Below, in pieces: positions 42,363 to 50,286 of a stretch of 64,000 bases of DNA. The stretch covers positions 4,613 through 68,612 of the forward strand of contig JBBRVU010000002.1 in NCBI GenBank assembly GCA_038246575.1. Reading direction: 5' to 3'. This stretch comes from Actinomycetes bacterium. GTDB lineage: Bacteria; Actinomycetota; Actinomycetes; JACCUZ01. The translations under genes were made by a program, and so were the position numbers. Each line of letters starts with the position of its first letter. Positions within the stretch are counted from its first letter, which is position 1. The notes under the pieces are model-generated. The model was not told the origin of the DNA. It ran no database searches and worked only from the letters and a program-made list of their open reading frames with translations.

Positions 42363-42637
42363 CCGGCGCCAGCGACCGCGCCGGCAGGTGGCCCGTGGGC
42401 GCGGCGTCGGAGGACGCGGCCACCGCCACCGGCCGCGACGCGGTGGACAACGAGACGACGCAGCCCTGGGCGCGAGGAACCGGCTGCCCGGAGCTGGCGC
42501 TGCTGTTGGACCGGTTGACGGCCGAGCGCTACCGGGCCGTCCCGCCCCCACCGGGAACCTGCCCCGCCGTTCATCGGCCCGCGACTCTCGGCCCGGACCC
42601 TGCCACCGGTGGGGCGGGGGGCGGCGGCGATGCGTGA
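42359..42637 (+). CDS. small hypothetical protein (92 aa)
   Basis: ATGA overlap with the upstream stop, and its own stop overlaps the VirB4-like start by 8 nt. GC3 is very high across the ORF. No family recognised. Confidence 0.45.
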   Translation: MTGASDRAGRWPVGAASEDAATATGRDAVDNETTQPWARGTGCPELALLLDRLTAERYRAVPPPPGTCPAVHRPATLGPDPATGGAGGGGDA

Positions 42638-44045
42638 GCGCGGCCGGGTGCTGCGCCCGGCGCGGGTCCCGCGGCACCGGGGGACCACCGCGTCGCTGCA
42701 GGCCGCCTACCCGTTCCTCACCGCACCCGGCCTGGCCGCGCGCCTCGGTGGGCGTGGGCTGTACGTGGGGCGGGACTGGCACGGCGGCGCGTTCAGCTTC
42801 GACCCGTTCGAGCTCTACGCCGCCGGGCTGCTCACCAACCCCAACCTGCTCGTCGTCGGGCAGGTCGGGTCCGGGAAGTCGGCGCTGGTCAAGACGCTGC
42901 TGTGGCGGGCGCTGGCGTTCGGCTACACCGCGTGGGTCGCCGATCCCAAGGGCGAGTACGGCGACCTCGCCGCCGCGGCCGGCGCGCCCGTGGTCCGCCT
43001 CGGCCCCGGCGAGCCCACCCGGCTCAACCCGCTGGACACCGACGAACCGCACCCGGCCGGCGCCGACACCGGCGACTCGGGTGACGGCGGCGACGGCGGC
43101 ACGGGTCAGGGGGATGGGCGGGTGCGTCTGGTGGCGGCGCTCGCGGCGACCGCGCTGGGCCGGGTACTGGCCCCGGTGGAGCACGCCGCCACCGCCCTCG
43201 CCCTGCACGCAGTCATCCGCGGCGCCGGCGGGGCGGCGCCGGTGCTCCCGGACCTGGTCGAGGCGCTGCTCGCCCCGTCCAAGGACGCGGCCGGCGCGGT
43301 CCGGATGACCGTCCCGCGCTTCGCCGACGCCACCCGCGACCTGGCGCTGGTGATGCGCCGGATGTGCGCCGGGGACCTGGCCGGCATGTTCGACGCACCC
43401 ACCCGCCTCCCCGGGGACAGCCGCGGCGGCGACCGGTCGGTGCTCGACCCTGGTGCGCGGCTGGTGGTGCTGGACCTGTCCGCGGTGTACCGGGGCAACC
43501 GGGACGCGCTGCCGCTGGTGATGTGCACCGCCACCGCCTGGCTACAAGCCACCATCGCCCGCGCCGCCCAGGCCGGCGGTGACGGGACGCGCCGCTTCGT
43601 GGTGGTCGACGAGGCGTGGGCGCTGCTCAACCAGGAGCCCACCGCCCGCTGGCTGCAGGCCTCCTACAAGCTGGCCCGTGCCCACGGCGTCGCCAACATC
43701 GCCGTCCTGCACCGGTTCTCCGACCTCGCCGCCGCCGGCGCGGCCGGCTCCGAGACCGCCGCGCTCGCCCGCGGGCTGCTCGCCGACGTCGGCACCCGCG
43801 TCGTCTACAACCAGCCCGCCTCCGAACTCACCGAGGCCCGAAGCGCGCTGGGCCTGACCGGCCCCGAGACCGAGCTGCTTCCGCACCTGCCGCGCGGTCA
43901 CGGGCTGTGGAAGCTCGGCACCCGGTCCTGGCTGGTCGAACACCACCGCTCGGAGACGGAGCGGGCGATGACCGACACCGACCACGCCATGCGCGGCACC
44001 ACCGGACCCGCAGCGACCGCGCCGACCGCAGGAGAACAGCGGTGA
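42630..44045 (+). CDS. VirB4/TraE-like conjugative ATPase
   Basis: Walker A VVGQVGSGKSA and Walker B RRFVVVDEAW. N-terminal RHRGTTASLQAAYPFL is typical of actinobacterial ICE ATP/GTP-binding proteins. Confidence 0.8.
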   Translation: MRERGRVLRPARVPRHRGTTASLQAAYPFLTAPGLAARLGGRGLYVGRDWHGGAFSFDPFELYAAGLLTNPNLLVVGQVGSGKSALVKTLLWRALAFGYTAWVADPKGEYGDLAAAAGAPVVRLGPGEPTRLNPLDTDEPHPAGADTGDSGDGGDGGTGQGDGRVRLVAALAATALGRVLAPVEHAATALALHAVIRGAGGAAPVLPDLVEALLAPSKDAAGAVRMTVPRFADATRDLALVMRRMCAGDLAGMFDAPTRLPGDSRGGDRSVLDPGARLVVLDLSAVYRGNRDALPLVMCTATAWLQATIARAAQAGGDGTRRFVVVDEAWALLNQEPTARWLQASYKLARAHGVANIAVLHRFSDLAAAGAAGSETAALARGLLADVGTRVVYNQPASELTEARSALGLTGPETELLPHLPRGHGLWKLGTRSWLVEHHRSETERAMTDTDHAMRGTTGPAATAPTAGEQR

Positions 44046-44623
44046 TCCCCGACCCCGGCGCGCCCGACCTGCCCGTGCCCGGCGACCTCGACGCGGAACG
44101 GGCGGTGCTCGGGGCGATCCTGCTCAACCCGGCCGTCGCCGCCCAGCTCCTGCCGCTGCTCAGACCCGCCCACTTCTACCGGCCCTGGCACGGCCAGGTC
44201 CTCGAAGCCGCCCAGCACCTGCACACCGCCGGGGGACCGGTGGACCCGATCGCCGTGCACGCCGAGCTGCGCCGCCGCGGCCTGCACGGCGAACCAGGGC
44301 GCAGCAGCGGCGTCCTGCTCCACGACCTGCTCGCCGCCGTCCCGGTCACCACCTCGGGCGGGCACTACGCCCGGATCGTGCTCGAGCACGCCGCCCGTCG
44401 GCGCCTGGCCCAGGCCGGGGTCAAGCTCGTCCAGCTCGCCGCGAACCCGCACGGCGGGACCGGAGACCTCGACGAGGTGATGCGCGACGTGGTGCAGGAG
44501 ATCGCGTGCGTCCGGGCCGCCGTCGACACCTACCACCACACCCCACCGCCGCTGGCATCCCGCGCACGGTCCGCGCGCGGGGACGAAGGGCGTTCGCTGC
44601 GCTCCGTCGGACCCGACCGATGA
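44042..44623 (+). CDS. DnaB-helicase N-terminal-domain-only protein
   Basis: DLDAERAVLGAILLNPAVAAQLLPLLRPAHFYRPWHGQVLEAAQHL...DPIAVHAEL...GGHYARIVLEHAARRRL matches the DnaB N-terminal domain. No RecA-like ATPase part follows. GTGA overlap upstream and ATGA overlap downstream. Confidence 0.75.
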   Translation: MIPDPGAPDLPVPGDLDAERAVLGAILLNPAVAAQLLPLLRPAHFYRPWHGQVLEAAQHLHTAGGPVDPIAVHAELRRRGLHGEPGRSSGVLLHDLLAAVPVTTSGGHYARIVLEHAARRRLAQAGVKLVQLAANPHGGTGDLDEVMRDVVQEIACVRAAVDTYHHTPPPLASRARSARGDEGRSLRSVGPDR

Positions 44624-47109
44624 GCACCCGTCCCCGGCCGCGGCCCTCCCGGGTCGGCAGCGACCTGGACGACCTGCTCACCGGTTGGCTCCTCGGTGCC
44701 GTCGCGCTGCTCGGCGCCGCCGGCCTGGGCCTCTGGGCGGCCGGGCAGCTCGCCGCCCTGCTCGTCCACGGCGACTGGCCCGACGTGCCGCCGGCCGCGG
44801 CCTTCGGCATCGCGACGGGGCTGCCCGCCCACCTCACCGACCCCGCGCAGGCGTGGCCGGTCACCGCCCGCGGCCAGGTCCCCGGACCGGTGGTGCTGTA
44901 CGGGGTGCTGCTCGTACTGATGGTCGCCTTCGTCACCTCCGGCCTGTTTGCAGTCTCCGCATGGCGCCACCACCACGCCGGAGACGCCCGTCTCGAACGG
45001 GACCGGTCACCGCTCTGGGCCCGGCCCACCCAGATTCGGGCGCTGCTCGTGCGCCACCCCGAACCGGGACGGGTCGTCCTGGGCCGGCTCGCCCGCCGCA
45101 GCCGTTGGCTGGTCGCCGCCGAAGCCCGCCGCTCCGTGCTGGTCGTGGCGCCCACCCAGGCCGGGAAGACCAGCCGCATCGTGGTGCCCACCGTGCTGCG
45201 CTGGACCGGGCCGATGCTGGTCACCTCGGTCAAGGCCGACGTGCTGCGGCTGACCCTCGCCGAACGCCGGCGCCGGGGCCCGGCGTACGTGTTCGACCCC
45301 ACCGGCGCCACCACAAGTGGCGGCGCCGGGCACGGCATCAACCCCGGTGACGGCGAGGGCATCGACCCCGGCAACAGCGACGGCATCGACGTGGCGATCC
45401 GGGCCGCAGCGGTCAAGTGGTCCCCGCTGCTGGCGTGCACCAGCTATCCCGACGCCGAGCGCACCGCCGCGTGGCTGATCGAGGCCGGCGGGGATCCGCG
45501 CGGGGAGAACGCCACCTTCTGGGAGTCCCTGGCTGCGAAGCTCCTGGCACCTTTGCTCTACGCCGCCGCCGGGACCGGCCGGTCGCTGCGCCACCTCGCT
45601 GCCTGGGTCGACCGGCGCGAGACCACCGAGATCACCGAAGCCCTCAGCTCCCTCGGCGACCTTGATGCTCTCGACGCGTGGGCCGCCAGCTGCGCGCGCG
45701 AGGAACGCCAGCGGGAATCCGTCTACGCCACCACCGAGGTGATCCTGCGCGCCTTCGCCTCGCCGTCGGCGCGCGCCGCCACCGACATCACCGACGATGA
45801 CCGCACCGCCGGCCGGGTCCTCGACGTCGGGCGTCTCCTCACGGAGCACGCCACCCTGTACCTGGTGGCGCCGGCGCACGAGCAGGGCCGGCTCCGGCCA
45901 CTGTTCGAGTCCCTGGTGCAGGCCGTGCTGCGGGCCGCACAGGACACCTACGCCCGTACCGGTCGCCCGCTGGACCCGGCGCTGATGGTGATGCTGGACG
46001 AGGCCGCGAACATCGCGCCGCTGCGCCAGCTCGCGACCTACGCCGCCACCGGCGCCGGGCAGGGCATCCAGATCTGCTCCGTGTGGCAGGACCTCGCCCA
46101 GGTCGAGGCCCTCTACGGGCGCCGCGCCGCGACCGTGATCAACGGGCACACCGCGCGGGTCTTCCTCGCCGGCTCCGCCGACCTCACCACCCTCGACGCG
46201 ACCTCCCGCATGATCGGGGACCACCCCACCGATCGCCGGTCCCGCTCGACTGGTCCCGACGGCGGACGCAGCGTCTCCGAGCACACCGCCGACACCCGGC
46301 TCGCGCCGGTGGAGTACCTGCGCCAGCTCCCACCGGACACGGCCGTCGTCCTCTACGGCCGGGCGCCGGTCATCCGGCTCACCACCACCCCCTGGTACGC
46401 CGACCCTGCTCTGCGCCGCCTGGTCGACCCGATCGCGGCGGCCGAGTCCGACGGAACAGCCAGCACCTCGACTCGCTCGCTGCGGCGGCGGCACGTCAGG
46501 CGATCCGAGGGTGCGACTCGTCGTCCCCAGGGCGACGGGTATCCACAGATCCACAATCAGCCAACCGCAGCCGTAACGGCCGCGTCAGGCTCGTCACCGG
46601 AGAGCCCAGCAGTAGCGCGCGAGCAGACCAGCGAACCAGCCCTGCCCGCCACCGAGGAATGGAGCACCGTCGTGAACCACGTCGCCACATCTGAGCTCAC
46701 CAGACGCCTCGCCGCAGCGGAGTCACCGTTAGACGTGGTGGCGTTGGCCTGGCAGGCCGCTGACCACGGCGAGACCGTCGCGCTGGCTCTGTCGCGCACC
46801 GGCTCCACCGACGACATCCCGGCCTACCTGACCGCCGCCGATGCCTTCGCCAGCCTCCGCACCGACCTTGACGACCACGTCCACGGCGCACAAGCGACCC
46901 CTGTACCCGCGCTCGACAACTCCCAGCAGTCACCGGATGAGCTGGCGATGGCCGAGACCGCCCTTGCGGAGCTCGCCCGGACCCTCATCGTTGCCCTCAG
47001 CGACACCGCTCGAGCCTGCGGTGATCCTGACCTGGCGCGCGCCTGCTCCCAAGGCGCCCTCTCCGCCGCCGACGCGGCCGAGGCCACCACCCGCACGAGC
47101 ACCCCGTGA
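44620..47109 (+). CDS. type IV coupling protein (VirD4/TraG/TraD family)
   Basis: Two N-terminal TM helices, Walker A VVAPTQAGKTS, Walker B MVMLDEAANIAPL, and QGIQICSVWQDLAQ. Long acidic/Ala-rich C-terminal tail. Confidence 0.85.
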   Translation: MSTRPRPRPSRVGSDLDDLLTGWLLGAVALLGAAGLGLWAAGQLAALLVHGDWPDVPPAAAFGIATGLPAHLTDPAQAWPVTARGQVPGPVVLYGVLLVLMVAFVTSGLFAVSAWRHHHAGDARLERDRSPLWARPTQIRALLVRHPEPGRVVLGRLARRSRWLVAAEARRSVLVVAPTQAGKTSRIVVPTVLRWTGPMLVTSVKADVLRLTLAERRRRGPAYVFDPTGATTSGGAGHGINPGDGEGIDPGNSDGIDVAIRAAAVKWSPLLACTSYPDAERTAAWLIEAGGDPRGENATFWESLAAKLLAPLLYAAAGTGRSLRHLAAWVDRRETTEITEALSSLGDLDALDAWAASCAREERQRESVYATTEVILRAFASPSARAATDITDDDRTAGRVLDVGRLLTEHATLYLVAPAHEQGRLRPLFESLVQAVLRAAQDTYARTGRPLDPALMVMLDEAANIAPLRQLATYAATGAGQGIQICSVWQDLAQVEALYGRRAATVINGHTARVFLAGSADLTTLDATSRMIGDHPTDRRSRSTGPDGGRSVSEHTADTRLAPVEYLRQLPPDTAVVLYGRAPVIRLTTTPWYADPALRRLVDPIAAAESDGTASTSTRSLRRRHVRRSEGATRRPQGDGYPQIHNQPTAAVTAASGSSPESPAVAREQTSEPALPATEEWSTVVNHVATSELTRRLAAAESPLDVVALAWQAADHGETVALALSRTGSTDDIPAYLTAADAFASLRTDLDDHVHGAQATPVPALDNSQQSPDELAMAETALAELARTLIVALSDTARACGDPDLARACSQGALSAADAAEATTRTSTP

Positions 47110-48614
47110 CCACCTTCGGCGAGCTCACCACCCTCGCCGCACGGCACCTCGACGCCGCAAACCGCAGCGACACCGCCAGGCTCACCGACGCGGAATCGGT
47201 CGCCGCCCTGGCGGCCCTGTCGAAGTGTCTGAGTTCCTGCCAGCTGCTCTGGCGAACCGTCGACCGGCCCGACCGCCGTTTCTGTGACCCCGACCCCGCC
47301 TGGCAACGCGCCGGAGGGCGACTCGACCGGGGACTGACCGATGCGATCCGCCACCTGCACCGCGCCACACCCACCGCTGCGCGCGATCCGCAGACGGCCA
47401 CAGCGGCTCGCCTGCATGCGGCGTCGGTCGCCATCGGAGCCAGCCATGACCTGCTCGCGACGCACAGCGACACCCTGTCCACCGGGCGGCTGGACCGGAC
47501 CGGCTTCGCCGCTGTCATCGACAGCCCGGCCGGGCGCCGCGCGCTGGCTAAAGTCATCGTTGCTCACCTCCGGAGACTGACGGCAGTCGCCGAGCTGGTG
47601 GGCGGCAACTCGCAAGTCCAGCGGCCCACCCGTGAGGCGGCTCTGCGGGCCAGTGACGTCCTGCACGAGGCGCAGCGCGCAATCCGCACCGCTGGGGTCC
47701 TGGTCCGACCCGAGCGTGAGCTCCTGCCCGCGGTACCGCTGCTGTCCCCACTGCGGCTGTCACCGGTGCGGAATGGGGAGCCATCGGAGGTGTTGCTGCG
47801 CGAGGCGATCCGGGGTGCCGAACGGCTCCATCGCGTGGCCCGCGAGGAGGTCCAGACCGGGCACCTCGCCCGATACACCCCCGGGTCGATGGCCACCGTC
47901 GCGGTGGCCATGTCCACCGCGCAGTTGGCTACCGCGCAGGCGTTCCGGCAGCTCCGAACACGCGCCACGAACCTCGTTGACGAACCGGCCGGTACCCGGT
48001 TTGACGCTCACTTGCAGGAAGCGGCCGATACGGCCGAGCAAGCCGGTCACGCCTGGGCCGAGGTCCGCATCAGATGGCAAGGCATTCGCGCCGCGAGGGA
48101 AGACGGGCCAGCCGACGCGATCCGCCGCGAAGCCACCGACCTCACCACTCGCATCGGCAGGCTCGTCCACACCGACCCGGCATGGCTGCCGCGACTCGAC
48201 GCGAACAAGGACCTGCGGCCCGGCGCCGAGTTGGCGCCCGATGCGACCGCGTTCTGGAACCTCCTCGGCGGCCTTAGGCAGCTCAGCGCACTGGCCGCCG
48301 ACATCGCCGTAGATCACGTCGACCTCACCCACGCTCTGCAAGCACGCGATCTTCTCCTCGTCAGAACATCCACCCTCCCTGCCGAGTACGACATTGCCCG
48401 TCCGTGGGCCAGCGCCCCCAGCCGCGTAGTGCAGAAACTCGCGTCCGTCCAGCACCACGCCACCGCGACCACCCGCCTGTCGTGGACGACGGCCGTGGCC
48501 CTCACGGAGCTGGCGCCCCGTGAGCACCGCGACCTCGCCCGTGTCACGCTCGAGGGACGACGCCTTGCGCCCACCGCCGATATGCGCGCCGTCGAGAGCG
48601 GCCGTTACCGCTGA
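47106..48614 (+). CDS. hypothetical protein (502 aa), helical, no family recognised
   Basis: GTGA overlap with the coupling-protein stop and high GC3. Last gene of the T4SS operon. No HUH or relaxase histidine triad noticed. Confidence 0.6.
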   Translation: MTTFGELTTLAARHLDAANRSDTARLTDAESVAALAALSKCLSSCQLLWRTVDRPDRRFCDPDPAWQRAGGRLDRGLTDAIRHLHRATPTAARDPQTATAARLHAASVAIGASHDLLATHSDTLSTGRLDRTGFAAVIDSPAGRRALAKVIVAHLRRLTAVAELVGGNSQVQRPTREAALRASDVLHEAQRAIRTAGVLVRPERELLPAVPLLSPLRLSPVRNGEPSEVLLREAIRGAERLHRVAREEVQTGHLARYTPGSMATVAVAMSTAQLATAQAFRQLRTRATNLVDEPAGTRFDAHLQEAADTAEQAGHAWAEVRIRWQGIRAAREDGPADAIRREATDLTTRIGRLVHTDPAWLPRLDANKDLRPGAELAPDATAFWNLLGGLRQLSALAADIAVDHVDLTHALQARDLLLVRTSTLPAEYDIARPWASAPSRVVQKLASVQHHATATTRLSWTTAVALTELAPREHRDLARVTLEGRRLAPTADMRAVESGRYR

Positions 48615-48755
48615 AATTCGCAGACGGCGCCGCCCAAACTCCGCGGGCGGTCCGGGTGGCCGGCGGGGGAACTTTCGATCTTCCGATTTTCAGTGCCGGT
48701 CGAGGGGTCCGGAGGCGTCCATCGACGTAGATCAACAGGGCCCTGACCTGCGGTT

Positions 48756-48820
48756 TTGCTAAACGATCTTCCGGAGCCGTTCGCCGGAATCCGACGCTGT
48801 TGTTAGCAAAGTGTTAGCAA
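48756..48820. repeat. TTAGCAA boxes: two direct copies 11 bp apart (TGTTAGCAA at 48801 and 48812) plus an inverted copy (TTGCTAA at 48756)
   Basis: Read directly in an AT-richer noncoding stretch just after the T4SS operon. Confidence 0.5.
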
Positions 48821-49462
48821 GATAGCGGGATCGAGAGAATCTCGTGGTTACTGCCAGTGACACAGAGACGCGTATCGGACGACCGCTTGCGGTGTCCGCT
48901 TAGGTGAGGTTGTTCACATCCTGCTCCTCGACCGGATGGACGAGCCGGACGTCGATCGACATTCGTTGTCCGGGCTGGCGCAGAGGCGTCGAGTTTGGTC
49001 GACAGTCCGCGCTGCATGACTTTGGGTCGCCAACCCCGTGCCGCGGCAAGCCCGTCTTCGCCGTCGTGCGGCCCTTTCGGGATTGGGCGAGCTCGTCGAG
49101 CTCGCACGAAGCACGCAGGCGGCTTCGTCCAAGCAGCCGATGGCGGATGTCGCCGCGACGATAGGGACGCCGTCCTGGGGACGTCCGACTTCTCACGAAT
49201 GTCGCGAAGCCCGATCGGCGAATCGTGCGCGAGCAGGACTGACGGCGACCTCGCGACGCACGCCCAGTCTGTCGCCCCGCCAGGGGCTCGTGGACGAGCT
49301 TCTGCGGTTAGCGGAACCTCCCTTTCCAAGGTGCAAGCCTCAACGTGCCCAGGTCGTCGGCCTATTCGCCGCTCCACCAGTGCCACTTGCCGTAGCCGTC
49401 CGGCCGACGCTCCGGTGGCGGTATGAGTGCTCGGCTCAGGTCGGGCCGCTCCTGGACGCGCG

Positions 49463-49969
49463 TCACCTGGACGGGCGGGGACGAGGCGTGCGGCGGGGCA
49501 GACGTGCCGTCATCGGTCCTGACAGGAGCCGGAGGTTGGTGGCGAGGGGAAAAAACCAGTCCTCGCCGACGAGTGTGACCCCGATAAGCCGGTTTTCTGT
49601 GCGTAGCCGGGTTGGTCAGCCTGACATTCTCGGTACCTGTCGTTGCTCACGACGACAGCACTTGCTTTCGACGAGATGTCCAGGATGACGGCATCGCCGG
49701 CACCAACGCTTCCAGCCGGTGCGACGATGATCTTGCGGCGCCGAATGTCTTCACGCATCTCGATGGCCTCAACCTTCTCGAGTCGATGTTCGAGATTGGC
49801 GCTGGCCGCCACGTGCGGCATCTGGAAGAATGTTCACAGTCCCGCTCCAACTGCTCTGCGCAGCCAGCAGGACCTCGCTAGCTGAACCATCGGCCCCGCA
49901 CGCAACGCGTGAGGGGCCGACTGCGTGGCTCGGGGCACGATGCGGGCCCACACTGCCTAAGCGCGACAA
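49463..49969 (-). pseudogene. Zc3h12a-like NYN-domain ribonuclease, frameshifted
   Basis: Three minus-strand frames together rebuild an NYN domain: VACGADGSAS.. / ..LEHRLEKVEAIEMREDIRRRKIIVAPAGSVGAGDAVILDISSKASAVVVSNDRYRE / RLIGVTLVGEDWFFP. Compare eukaryotic MCPIP1: [51 protein letters not shown]...RLLMYSFVNDKFMPP. One shift maps near an A-run (cagaaaacc). Confidence 0.5.
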
Positions 49970-50085
49970 CGCTTTGTCGAGGGTCCGGCCGCGGCAGGTG
50001 CTCGGCTCCTCCTCACTCCCACCATGCGCCGCCAGATCCGGCGAAACCGGGAAATACCCGCAACGACTCGCACTAGCCTGACCGT

Positions 50086-50286
50086 ATGGCCGAACCTTGG
50101 GTGTCTGCTGACGTGATAGCCGAGCACCTCGGCGTCACCAAGGACAGCATCTACACCTGGATCGCGGCGAAAGGCATGCCTGCCCACCGCGTGGGCCGCC
50201 TTTGGAAGTTCAAGGTCACTGAGGTCGACGCCTGGGTCCGCCGGGACGGGGCCGACGAGGCCCCCGGTAGGGGGGTCGGCTCGTGA
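50086..50286 (+). CDS. excisionase-family (MerR/Xis-type) helix-turn-helix DNA-binding protein
   Basis: VSADVIAEHLGVTKDSIYTWIAAKGMPAHRVGRLWKFKVTEVDAWV is the classic excisionase-family HTH. Its stop overlaps the next start (GTGA). Confidence 0.8.
   Translation: MAEPWVSADVIAEHLGVTKDSIYTWIAAKGMPAHRVGRLWKFKVTEVDAWVRRDGADEAPGRGVGS

Noticed and set aside
45295-45400. GI(N/D)PG(D/N) mini-repeats (ggcatcgac/ggcatcaac) inside the coupling-protein gene.
   Set aside because: This is a short low-complexity insertion in a variable loop of the T4CP. There is nothing to suggest an independent element or function.
48814-49688. ORFs 48814..49386(-), 48900..49196(-), 48995..49426(+) and 49038..49688(+) in the junction region. 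A weak GDIRHRLLG string was considered as a tyrosine-recombinase HDLRH box.
   Set aside because: They are mutually overlapping frames with Arg/Ser/Pro-rich, domain-free translations. The recombinase-like string is too short and lacks the downstream catalytic Tyr context. They are treated as decayed non-coding DNA.
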